Source: a virus. Taken from it: DNA of 64,000 nt. A program made the translations under genes and the position numbers. The DNA lies in IMG/VR virus record IMGVR_UViG_3300029258_005404; one strand, written 5' to 3'. Of this stretch, positions 38,217 through 48,388 are shown one piece after another (positions within the stretch are counted from its first letter, which is position 1; each line of letters starts with the position of its first letter). The notes beneath the pieces were generated by a model. It did not search any database. It had not been told where the DNA came from and was given only the letters and a program-made list of their open reading frames with translations.

Positions 38217-38738
38217 TTATGCTGGTGTTATTCTTGTTCTTTCTCCGCTGTCTTCATCAACATGAACAACAAATAATGGCGTTACATTGTCTCGTTTATA
38301 GAATGTAATATCACCGGAAGATGGTGTATCTTTCAAGAAGCGCCCATTAGCCATCGCCATTAAAAATTCATTAATAGATTCAACTGTAACACCATCAATA
38401 ATAGTATTTGAATCAACAAACTGATGCATGGCATTTTGGTCCCCATACGTTTCAATAATAATAAAATCGTCGAGCCATACTTTTGGATCTGTTTGATCTA
38501 CAATTGGAATTCTCATACTTTTTCCAGTAAGCTCTGCAGCATCGAGGGTTAATCTATACCCTTGATCTACTAAAATAAATCCATTAATAGTATTTGATTC
38601 TGACCCTCCATCAATTGATATTTTTGTATCACCGGCAACATGAATTGCTGTGGTAATTAAATTGACACCAGTTGGATCAAATAATGAAAAATCAATTACA
38701 GATGCTGTAGCGTATCTTCTTAATAATTTCATTGGCAT
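38217..38738 (-). CDS. Putative virion structural protein
   Basis: 173 aa; AGDTKISIDGG...GYRLTLDAAE pattern seen in phage beta-sandwich structural proteins. Confidence 0.5.
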   Translation of the reverse strand: MPMKLLRRYATASVIDFSLFDPTGVNLITTAIHVAGDTKISIDGGSESNTINGFILVDQGYRLTLDAAELTGKSMRIPIVDQTDPKVWLDDFIIIETYGDQNAMHQFVDSNTIIDGVTVESINEFLMAMANGRFLKDTPSSGDITFYKRDNVTPLFVVHVDEDSGERTRITPA

Positions 38739-38752
38739 AATTTTTCCCCTTT

Positions 38753-40009
38753 TTAAAATCCATCATCAATTGTATCTCTTCTTCTACGAAGGGCCGCAAT
38801 AGTATTTTCAATATCAATATAATCTGTTTTTGTTATTGTCGCAAAATCCTCATTTATAAAAGATTCTGCCGTTTCTGTGCTATTGTTGGCTATGGTAACA
38901 AACTTATCATTTCCATATGCAATACCACGATAGCTCCTGTTATCAAAAGTTCCTATTATCGTTGCTTCTTTCCAATTAATACCATCAGTAGAATACGCTG
39001 TTTTTGTTAAACTTGGGGCTAATGATGGATTGGTCATAAAAAATTTACCATCAGCAAATGTTATATGAGCCCAATTCGATCCAAATCCAACATTATGAAC
39101 AGTCCAGTTTATCAAATCAGTTGATATTAAAACTTGAGAGGGAAGGTATCGGCCTCTTGTTAATACATATATGCCATTACCATAAGCTATACTTGCCGGA
39201 TGAGGAATATTACCATCAATCGTGACTGGTAGTGTTCTAACGGTTACATCCGTTGCGTTTGTCGAAGTAATATATAAATTACCAGCACCACCGCTAAGAT
39301 TCCCTGGCATAAAAAAATATCCATTAACAAATTCAACCCTTCTAAAACTATAACCACCAGGGATTGTTCCATGAACAGTGCATGGATAAAAATTAATTCC
39401 ATTTAATGAATATCTTGGAAGAGTAGAAAAGCCTATTAAATATCTACCATTACCAAATGCAATATCATCCATAAATGGCAATTGAGGTGTAATAGTTCGT
39501 AAACTCCAATTTATCCCATCTGGAGATATTGGAACTTTACTTGTTCCTGTTCCGTATAAATCCATTTGTTGTCCAACTATTATGAAATTACTTCCATCCC
39601 AAGTAATTCCATAAACTAAAGGGGCATTTGGAGGATTGGGTTGTGGATATGTACTTGACACCCAAGTAATCCCATCAGTAGATGATTTTACTGTCATGCC
39701 AGATCCACCATGCTGTGTTGTTATAAACCTTCCATTTGCAAAAATTAATCTATCCCAGGTTCCTGAATAATTATTATGTATCTGAAATGCAAAATATTTG
39801 TTAATAATTTTTAATGTTGGTGAATAAACCGCCCCTGTAAGATATGTGTGTAAAGGGTTTTGTAAATTTGAAACACCGGAATCTCCAAAACTCCATTCCC
39901 AATCTGTAATAACGCTATCACCATCAACAGTTGATTCATCTGTAAATTGAACCGATAATGGCCTTACTCCAGAAAGTGGAAAAGCAGAAAAATCAGCATA
40001 TAAACCCAT
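38753..40009 (-). CDS. PKD-domain protein with inserted beta-propeller-like repeats
   Basis: ADFSAFPLSG...VQFTDES...WEWSFGD...NPLHTY (PKD), six IAYGNG/STDGINW-type repeats, then TKTDYIDI. Confidence 0.8.
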   Translation of the reverse strand: MGLYADFSAFPLSGVRPLSVQFTDESTVDGDSVITDWEWSFGDSGVSNLQNPLHTYLTGAVYSPTLKIINKYFAFQIHNNYSGTWDRLIFANGRFITTQHGGSGMTVKSSTDGITWVSSTYPQPNPPNAPLVYGITWDGSNFIIVGQQMDLYGTGTSKVPISPDGINWSLRTITPQLPFMDDIAFGNGRYLIGFSTLPRYSLNGINFYPCTVHGTIPGGYSFRRVEFVNGYFFMPGNLSGGAGNLYITSTNATDVTVRTLPVTIDGNIPHPASIAYGNGIYVLTRGRYLPSQVLISTDLINWTVHNVGFGSNWAHITFADGKFFMTNPSLAPSLTKTAYSTDGINWKEATIIGTFDNRSYRGIAYGNDKFVTIANNSTETAESFINEDFATITKTDYIDIENTIAALRRRRDTIDDGF

Positions 40010-40011
40010 AA

Positions 40012-43000
40012 TTATCCATTTCTATATATTAGAATAGAATTAATTACACAAATAGTTGCATCTGCAATATTATCAATTATACTATCCTTATTTACTTGAA
40101 CAATAGAATTTATAAATTTAAGTGCTTTCGTGGCGGCAGTATTATTTAAAAGATAGCCTTGAGCAGCAGATGCATCGCTATATACTTTCATACCATCATA
40201 TGTTAACATGGCTTGGTCGCTTATATCATCAGCTATAGGGCCAACATATATATGTGATGCCGGGCCAAGATGAGCTTCAGGTGGATATGTTTTTATAGTA
40301 ACCGTTCTCGGGTTTCTATTTTGAAGTTCAAATGTCCCAGATTTAGTTACACCGCCTTGTACATAAATTATAACATTATCAGTAGTTGGTAGTGAAGCAA
40401 GAAAGGCATTTATATGATAATCAGGATCGACACCTTCAATCCCAGTAAATTGATATAATGGATTAATGTATGGTAAATAATTTGCCTCATCAAGGCGAAG
40501 ATGAATTATTAACAATGGATATTCCATTGATTCAAACCCAACACCATCTATCTCAATAGGTCCAGTAACAAGCTCGCCTGTGCCTATTATATCAACAACT
40601 TCAAAAGCTCCAACATCATAATCTCCTAAATCTCTTAATCTACCACCAATGTCATCGATATAAGAATATAGCCAATCTGTACTCATATCAATAGCACTGT
40701 CTACAGCAAATCCGTCTCTGATTTTATTGAGATTATAATTATCAGGTCTATCAATAAATTTGACATATTGCTCTTTTATATTACCAGTACCAGGAAATAA
40801 CCATGATGAAAAATCACTACTGATACAATTATATAGAGCAAGTCTGCCAAAATAATTTTCAAATGTAGAAACGTAATCACGATATCTTGAATCTTGAGCT
40901 ATATTATTTCTTAACTCAACAGAAAGGCCATCAGAATAATCATCATCAGCTTTTTCTAAATAAAATGCTCTTAAGCAATTTACTACAGTATTATTATTTA
41001 TACGTTGCAACGATGAGAATCCTGGATTGAGATTTGCTTTTACCATAATTCCATTTTTAGAACAATCATAAACAAGATTGTTGAATATAATATCTTCAGG
41101 GTTAATTCCTGTTTCAATTACAATTCCATTTCCTTGACAATCTTTAATTACATTATAACCAATATATGCATCTTTACAGTCAAATAAATTAATACCATCT
41201 TTATTTAACCCATTTGCATTTATGAGCAATCCTTCTATTTCTATATATTGTGCCTGAAAAAAATATATTGAAGAAATGCTTTCATTAAATTCTTCCGGCT
41301 CAAATCTGAATCCTTCATCATATAATCCATCATGCCGTTGTGAATTATTACATTCAGTAATAGTATTATATGGTGTTGTAATTTTTAAGTTATGATGTTT
41401 ATCAAAACTCATTAATGATGAATTAATAGCCTGTTGTACAGATCTCCCGATGCCCTCATTATAACAAGCAAGTATTAAATAAACACCAACATTTGATAAA
41501 GATGTATTATCAAAATATGTGGTACTTATTATTCCAGAATCATCAAGAGCTTCGTATAATGTATTAAAAATACGATTTATACTAAATACAGTACCTGAGC
41601 GGGCTAGTATCATATTACCCTGATAATCAACAACTTCCCATCTTGTTTCATTAATTTTTTCAATGATAATACAACCATTTGAAAAAGGATTTCCGGTATC
41701 TATTATTTGGCTACCTATTCCCATGCTAAGTTTTGTTTGCGGAATATAAAAATCGATATAACTCTTCCCATTCAATTCAATAATATTATATGTAAGCGCT
41801 ACGGATAAAGGCTTTGTTTGGTGATCAATACTTGTGTCACCTATTGCATACACAACCTTTTTTGATTGATATTCGAGAGACCCTCTATCCCATTTTCTAA
41901 GACGTGGAGTGCTTCCACCATCTATATCAAATGGATAATCTGGATTATGAAGAAGGTGTTTTGCCGACCATATTGCTAAATCATCATATAATAAATTGAG
42001 ATGATAATTACGAGATTCTGCAGCACCGGTTTTTTGTATAAAAGTAAGTGTAAGGCTATTTATATTTTTATTTTCATCATTAACAATTAATGAAGTATCG
42101 CTTGCTATACAATATTCAGCTGTTGTACCATCATAATAATCGCCGGCTGTCCCGCGCTGACCAATATTGTTAATCATAATATCAGAAGGTGCATTGTGAT
42201 AGCAATAATTGCCACATTCATCGATTGTATTGTTATAAAGAATATCAGTATTTGAAGTAACAATACCGTCAACTGGCAAAAGGGCGGCAGTATTATTAAT
42301 GTAAATATTATTTGAATTTCTACCTACTATTTTTGTTCCGCCGGGAAGCGGCTCAGACGCTACCCACAAATCTATATAACTAAAACCATGTGACTTAGGA
42401 CCTTCAACCTCTATCCAATGACTGCCAGACCATGATACAACTGTTCCTGGATGCTTACGCCATTTTTTAGAACCAAGACCGTCACCATCATTAAAATCAT
42501 CAAGGTAATAAAGTGAAGTTGTGCTATCTTCACCAGAATCATCAACATATAAACCTTCTGTTGTAATAGTCCCGCCACGCACTAACCGAACTTTATATTC
42601 CCGGTTAAATTTCCAAGGAAAGTTGAGTGATGACCCGCCAAAGTTAAAAGCACCATTTTCCCAGTTGCACTCCGCTTTAATACCACCACTATCCTCAAGA
42701 ATAAAACGTAATTTCTGTCCTATTGAATCATCTGCACCAAGTCTTATACCAAATTCATAATCGAAGTCGCCTGATTTCAATGTTCCTGAATCTGTAAGCT
42801 CATCTTTAACGCCTACTTGCGCCCATTTAGGCACGGCAACATAACCGAGTCCTGATACATTTCTCAGTTCCCAATTATTATAAAAATTTGATACCCATAT
42901 GTCATTTCGTATTGATCCTGTGAAATGGTCTCCTGTAAAATCATCATGCCCCATATCATTAGGAACCACTCCATTATCACCAAGATAAAAATAATTATTT

Positions 43001-46000
43001 ACAAATTTACAGTTATTGGCCCTATAAAGTCTCAATGAATCTTTATTGCCGGTTGTATCTCCCGCAATACTTATACCATCAATAATTGTATTATCAACAT
43101 ATAAACTTATAGCATGCCTTGTTCCAAGCGATCTAATCTGCGCAAGATGGCTTGCTGTGATAAAATTTCCACCATGAGCCTGAGACACATTGCATTCAGT
43201 TCTCATATTACTTGGGGTAAATAATCTTAAATAATTATTCTCATCAGTATCAAAACCCCTTATAATAGTGGCATTTTGATATTGCTCGTGTCTATACATG
43301 GAAATGTTTAATCTGTATCTGGCGGTTCTCAAATAATTAAATGGATTATTGTTATCTCCGATAAATTGCTGAACACTTTCAGAATCAGTATCATCAAATA
43401 AATACCACATTTCTCTTGTAAGCGCTCTTCGAATTGAGTTTAAATCAGTTTCATCACTCGTATTTTCTGGAATGGATCCAAATTTATCACGGACCTCCCA
43501 AGAAGTATCAGATATTTTTTGATACAGATAACAAATTTTATTATCAATATCATAATCAACTTTATCACCTATACCCATTTTATCGTGATTTTGTGGTTGA
43601 GAAAAAGACATTACGCCATCTAATATTTCAAGATATGGACTTGTTCCTTTTCTAAAATTTTCAGTATCATTACGAGCTGCTGAAAAATAGAGATCAATAG
43701 TTTCCATATTAATAAAAGAATCTGCACCAATTGACCATTCGTCGCCACCAAGAAGTTCATTATCGATATCTCTATAAAAAGAATAATATTCGTAATTTCC
43801 TGATTCATATATAAATTGATACAGCTCGCTCAATTTTATTCCACGGTTTATTGCATGCCAATCATTACGATTTAAATGAAAATCCTTTCCAGATTTATCA
43901 ATAAAATTGAGATTAACATTTGACATACATTCATTATCTGTCCCGGCAGTACTGTCACTACTTATACATGCTTTTGGTGTTGCTGAGCCGCTGAAACAAG
44001 TAGTTTGATCCTGACAAATATTGGCTACATTTTCATCAGTTGCATTTGTTACTATAATACCATTGACTGATGCGCCAACAGCAGTATTATTGAATGCACT
44101 TCCACCATTTACTTCTATATTTGTACCGGTTTGATCATAAAGAATATTTCCATAAGCTCTGTTTCCACATCCGGCAGCGCCTTGGAGTTGTATTCCAATT
44201 AAACCAAGTCTTATTACATTATTTTCAACAATAATACCGTCTCTACCAGAATTAGTACCAATTCCAATTCCTGATATGTGTGGGGGCTCTATAGCCAACC
44301 CTCTCACTATGACATGATTAGTACTAATTATATTAATCACAGTTCCAGAAGAGCCATTTGGCTCATCATCTGAAATTATACGATAACCGTCCCAAATACC
44401 AGTATGCATCTGTTGAGACATGCATTGTGTTTTTGTATCCCATGGCGCTTCTATATAAATGCGATAAAAAGCTGACGTGGACCATGTATCAATAACAACA
44501 TCAGCGACATCATCAATATCATCATTATAACACCATACTTTCAAATCAAGGGCATCAGATACAATGTCTTTATCACTTATATCTGAAAATTCGGTAATAA
44601 TATCTGTGATGAAAGCAGATTCTAAACTATTAGAAACACGAGTTATATCAGTAACATTTTTTGTTGTGAGATTATTTATCTGATTTCCACTATCGTCAAC
44701 AACACACCAACGATGCTCAGTCCCCTTCTCAGCAAGATAGCAATAAGCCGGGCCGCCATCATCATACTGGACCTTATCACCAACACCAATCTGACTGCTT
44801 ATATCATTAGCACTAAGCTCGGCTATCCCGTTCTCTATTGTAATAGTGCGGTTTGTTGGGAATTCATCAAGGTTGCCTGATTCAACCCCAACCGAGCAAT
44901 GTATTGTCTTCTTTCTGAATTTCCATGTATTTGCACCAATTGCCCATCGTTGGTATATTGCATATTCAGTGCCGACATTATCATATTCAATCTGAAAATT
45001 TTCATCAGAAGCAAGGTTAATTCCTTCCATCCGCTCAAGGTCATAAAGTGTTATTCTGTAATCTTCTGCTGAAGTATTTATAAATCTTGGAAACAATGTA
45101 TCTATATTATTTGATCCATAGAAGTTTAATATTGAAGTGTCGTCCGACCAATTATTCTCAGCAAGAATTGTTAGTGGGAATACATGTGTGGAATAGTAAT
45201 TTGCAAGTTCACAGTTAGAAATATCATTGTTTCTTATTACAGCAATATTAGTTGCCCAATCCTGCTCAACAAGAGTTTCTATATAAATTCCACGTTGACA
45301 TTCAGTTATTGTATTTTGATACAGATAGTATCTTGCGGCAAGATCAGCCTCACTATATTCGAGAAGTGTAACAGCATCTTCCATTCTTGTTTCGGTAAGA
45401 GCTGCAACAGGATTTGAGCCATCAGCAGTTATTACTCCCCATGGTGTTCCAAACAAGTTTCCGCTCGCTAGGACATCTCCAATACTTGAACCTGAATCTG
45501 CAGTGATAACAACCCTTCCCGGAAACCACTCTATTTTATCCACAGATCCTGAAACTACTGTAACTGTATATTTTTTAAATATATGGGCATGCCCGAACAT
45601 TGATGTGATAACAAAACCATTATCAGCCGGTGTTCCAAACTTAGCTTCAAAATATGTCTCAAATGCTGAGCCGTGCTGAATCTCTATACCATTCCTTCCA
45701 CACCGATAAATAGTGTTCTTTGCAATAAAATTTTCGTTTGATTTTTCTTTTCCAGTTACAGTAATACCATTGTCTTGGCAGTCTTTTATCAGATTGTTTT
45801 CAATAATAGTGTTCTTTGCCCCATCAATCAGAATGCCTTGGATAGAAGAAGATACCTGCACCCCTTTAACAGTACAGAAATCTGCACCGGTCCCAAAAAT
45901 AATTCCGCTACCGCCCCTGTCTCCATATATTGAATGCGGTTCGTTTATTGGAAAATCAGATGTACTTGATAAATAATTGAGATGCCCCCATTTACCATTG

Positions 46001-47805
46001 TGTTTTCTATTCTGATTTGATTCGATATATTCAGAATTTGATAAATCGGGAGCAAACACATCAACATGCCGATGTCTATCACAGTTATATCCATTAAGTT
46101 CAACTGATCTCGATGTTATACCAGCAGCGCAGACAATTTTTACATTAATATCTGCTGTTACTAAATCAATTGTCCCAAGCTGATTTACGAGATATTTACT
46201 ATCTATTGTGTCTGTCAATATCTTATGAATACTGTCTGAATTGTGTTGTATACTGGTAATTGTAACAGGACCTGCTACATCTCCTGGAATTGTTCCATCG
46301 TTCTGAGTAACCTCCCATTCGGTATCCGATATTTTTCTTTTTAAAAGATGTGAGGTTCCGGCATCGTTAACCTGGCACCCCGCGGTTAACAACTCATTGG
46401 TTTGAGCAACACTAAATGTCATAACAGAATCAGTAACTGAATATGTCGGCGATCCTGATTTAATATCACCAGATGGGCCAACACTGTATGCCACTTCAGG
46501 AGTTTTATGAAATGGACCAATACACCAAGAGCTATCTATCTCTTCACAATTAATATCAAAACAAAATGCATATCTGGAATCAGCAGATAAATCAATACCG
46601 GCCCCGCTTGTATAAACATCAGTATCGCTAATATGTGGGCGGAAATCTTTATTAGTTGCATCTTCAAATTTAAGAGTGGCAGTGATACATCCAGATCCAG
46701 TTGCAGATCCATCTTTGGTAATACAATTTTTGACATTTGTATATCCTGCGCTATTATCTTCAATATCGTTACCAGACGTTAACCCACTATCCTGAACAAT
46801 ATTATTATAAATTTGATGACGAGTGTTTCCGCTAAACATAATTCCATTGAATTGAGAATCCTTAACAAGATTATTATAACAAGCCCCACCAATTGTTTGT
46901 GCATCATTCAACATTATTCCGTGGCCACAATTTCTGACTATATTATTTGCGATAACAAATTCATCAGCCTCCGGAGTATCAACCTCAATTCCTTTATTAC
47001 AATTGAATATAACATTATCAAGTATTTGTGTATAATCGTTATCATTATATATCATTATTCCATAACCAGGATTGTATCCATTATCACCAATCACAAGACC
47101 TTCGATAATGTTATGGGTACCAAGCATATCAATAACATATGATGATGATGCTATCCTATATCCACCAAGATCTGATCTTCCATTTTTATGACGCTGCTTT
47201 TTATTACATTCTGTCGATATATTCGTAGGAGTATAGATTTTAACTCGATAAAATTCATTAACACCCCATAGTCCTGAAATAGTAAGGGTATTGGAGCCTA
47301 TATCATCATACATTTCATAGCATGCTATTCGAAGCGTTGCTAACTTTGATACTAAGTCGTGTGTTCCTATAAGGTTATATACACCAGAAGTATCTCCATT
47401 TATTGCAGAGCGGACATCGTTAAATGTTTTATCAATTGAATCAACAGTGAGATTTACTTTGTCAATAGGAATATCACCGGCAGAATCGTGCACCCTCCAT
47501 TGCCTGGTATTGATTTTCTCATTTAGATATACGTAAAAAGGAGAACCATCGTCAAGCTCTACTTTATCACCAACCCCTATATATGGATGTATTTGTGGAA
47601 CTGAAAAAGTAAGAAGTCCATTTTTAATAGTTGCAGTAGGTAATACTCCAGATATAGTCTTAGTGACATATTCGTCTGCAGTTGAGGCAGCAGTGCCTAC
47701 AGAAAAAGTAATTGTAGACTTTTTCGGTCTTATTCCATAAACCGAATATGCAGAGCCTATAAATGGGTTTGCCGGAGAGTTAGCCGGCAAAAATGGATAA
47801 GACAT
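40012..47805 (-). CDS. Giant (2597 aa) multi-module right-handed beta-helix virion protein (fibre/spike/adhesin)
   Basis: Five tandem modules sharing IGVGDKV / W.V.D..G / TECN..QRH.G, followed by N-x-I beta-helix rungs and a D(I)D...W.IG(A) cap. Confidence 0.8.
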   Translation of the reverse strand: MSYPFLPANSPANPFIGSAYSVYGIRPKKSTITFSVGTAASTADEYVTKTISGVLPTATIKNGLLTFSVPQIHPYIGVGDKVELDDGSPFYVYLNEKINTRQWRVHDSAGDIPIDKVNLTVDSIDKTFNDVRSAINGDTSGVYNLIGTHDLVSKLATLRIACYEMYDDIGSNTLTISGLWGVNEFYRVKIYTPTNISTECNKKQRHKNGRSDLGGYRIASSSYVIDMLGTHNIIEGLVIGDNGYNPGYGIMIYNDNDYTQILDNVIFNCNKGIEVDTPEADEFVIANNIVRNCGHGIMLNDAQTIGGACYNNLVKDSQFNGIMFSGNTRHQIYNNIVQDSGLTSGNDIEDNSAGYTNVKNCITKDGSATGSGCITATLKFEDATNKDFRPHISDTDVYTSGAGIDLSADSRYAFCFDINCEEIDSSWCIGPFHKTPEVAYSVGPSGDIKSGSPTYSVTDSVMTFSVAQTNELLTAGCQVNDAGTSHLLKRKISDTEWEVTQNDGTIPGDVAGPVTITSIQHNSDSIHKILTDTIDSKYLVNQLGTIDLVTADINVKIVCAAGITSRSVELNGYNCDRHRHVDVFAPDLSNSEYIESNQNRKHNGKWGHLNYLSSTSDFPINEPHSIYGDRGGSGIIFGTGADFCTVKGVQVSSSIQGILIDGAKNTIIENNLIKDCQDNGITVTGKEKSNENFIAKNTIYRCGRNGIEIQHGSAFETYFEAKFGTPADNGFVITSMFGHAHIFKKYTVTVVSGSVDKIEWFPGRVVITADSGSSIGDVLASGNLFGTPWGVITADGSNPVAALTETRMEDAVTLLEYSEADLAARYYLYQNTITECQRGIYIETLVEQDWATNIAVIRNNDISNCELANYYSTHVFPLTILAENNWSDDTSILNFYGSNNIDTLFPRFINTSAEDYRITLYDLERMEGINLASDENFQIEYDNVGTEYAIYQRWAIGANTWKFRKKTIHCSVGVESGNLDEFPTNRTITIENGIAELSANDISSQIGVGDKVQYDDGGPAYCYLAEKGTEHRWCVVDDSGNQINNLTTKNVTDITRVSNSLESAFITDIITEFSDISDKDIVSDALDLKVWCYNDDIDDVADVVIDTWSTSAFYRIYIEAPWDTKTQCMSQQMHTGIWDGYRIISDDEPNGSSGTVINIISTNHVIVRGLAIEPPHISGIGIGTNSGRDGIIVENNVIRLGLIGIQLQGAAGCGNRAYGNILYDQTGTNIEVNGGSAFNNTAVGASVNGIIVTNATDENVANICQDQTTCFSGSATPKACISSDSTAGTDNECMSNVNLNFIDKSGKDFHLNRNDWHAINRGIKLSELYQFIYESGNYEYYSFYRDIDNELLGGDEWSIGADSFINMETIDLYFSAARNDTENFRKGTSPYLEILDGVMSFSQPQNHDKMGIGDKVDYDIDNKICYLYQKISDTSWEVRDKFGSIPENTSDETDLNSIRRALTREMWYLFDDTDSESVQQFIGDNNNPFNYLRTARYRLNISMYRHEQYQNATIIRGFDTDENNYLRLFTPSNMRTECNVSQAHGGNFITASHLAQIRSLGTRHAISLYVDNTIIDGISIAGDTTGNKDSLRLYRANNCKFVNNYFYLGDNGVVPNDMGHDDFTGDHFTGSIRNDIWVSNFYNNWELRNVSGLGYVAVPKWAQVGVKDELTDSGTLKSGDFDYEFGIRLGADDSIGQKLRFILEDSGGIKAECNWENGAFNFGGSSLNFPWKFNREYKVRLVRGGTITTEGLYVDDSGEDSTTSLYYLDDFNDGDGLGSKKWRKHPGTVVSWSGSHWIEVEGPKSHGFSYIDLWVASEPLPGGTKIVGRNSNNIYINNTAALLPVDGIVTSNTDILYNNTIDECGNYCYHNAPSDIMINNIGQRGTAGDYYDGTTAEYCIASDTSLIVNDENKNINSLTLTFIQKTGAAESRNYHLNLLYDDLAIWSAKHLLHNPDYPFDIDGGSTPRLRKWDRGSLEYQSKKVVYAIGDTSIDHQTKPLSVALTYNIIELNGKSYIDFYIPQTKLSMGIGSQIIDTGNPFSNGCIIIEKINETRWEVVDYQGNMILARSGTVFSINRIFNTLYEALDDSGIISTTYFDNTSLSNVGVYLILACYNEGIGRSVQQAINSSLMSFDKHHNLKITTPYNTITECNNSQRHDGLYDEGFRFEPEEFNESISSIYFFQAQYIEIEGLLINANGLNKDGINLFDCKDAYIGYNVIKDCQGNGIVIETGINPEDIIFNNLVYDCSKNGIMVKANLNPGFSSLQRINNNTVVNCLRAFYLEKADDDYSDGLSVELRNNIAQDSRYRDYVSTFENYFGRLALYNCISSDFSSWLFPGTGNIKEQYVKFIDRPDNYNLNKIRDGFAVDSAIDMSTDWLYSYIDDIGGRLRDLGDYDVGAFEVVDIIGTGELVTGPIEIDGVGFESMEYPLLIIHLRLDEANYLPYINPLYQFTGIEGVDPDYHINAFLASLPTTDNVIIYVQGGVTKSGTFELQNRNPRTVTIKTYPPEAHLGPASHIYVGPIADDISDQAMLTYDGMKVYSDASAAQGYLLNNTAATKALKFINSIVQVNKDSIIDNIADATICVINSILIYRNG

Positions 47806-47821
47806 TCATAACTCCAATTGA

Positions 47822-48379
47822 TTATGGGCCGGCGTAATATGGCTCTATTACACCTCTATGAGTAACTCGACTAGGGTCTGTTGCATAAGTCGTCCCGGTT
47901 CCACCTTCATATGCCGGAGCAGTAAATCTTCTATACGACTCTTCACCATGGTGACCTGGGGTATACCAGAAAAACCATGCCTGACCACCATTGATAACTA
48001 TTTCATAAGACATTCTCATTAATATATCATCAAGAGATTCATTATCAACAGCAAATTCAGTAATTTGAAACGGTTTAAGACTTTCCGGCTCAGATGTATT
48101 AGGGTATATTGTTCCTACATATTTATGCCTGTCTTGAAGAACGCCACTTATGTCAGCAACATCTATTGTCCAGTATTTTGATTGATTTTGATATGACATT
48201 GTGACCCCTTCTATCGATACAGGGGCATTGCTCATAAGATCCCATAATTTTAAATCTACCAATAATGATGATGTTTCCAATTCGTTAATTGGAGTTTGTG
48301 TACCATCTTCAATAACGTCATAATAAATAAAAGCCAAAACGCTATCTTCATTGAGATTTATTACTTGAGCATGTTTCAT
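47822..48379 (-). CDS. Putative virion structural protein
   Basis: 185 aa, AAGGAG SD, within the tail block. Confidence 0.55.
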   Translation of the reverse strand: MKHAQVINLNEDSVLAFIYYDVIEDGTQTPINELETSSLLVDLKLWDLMSNAPVSIEGVTMSYQNQSKYWTIDVADISGVLQDRHKYVGTIYPNTSEPESLKPFQITEFAVDNESLDDILMRMSYEIVINGGQAWFFWYTPGHHGEESYRRFTAPAYEGGTGTTYATDPSRVTHRGVIEPYYAGP

Positions 48380-48388
48380 AAAAACTCC

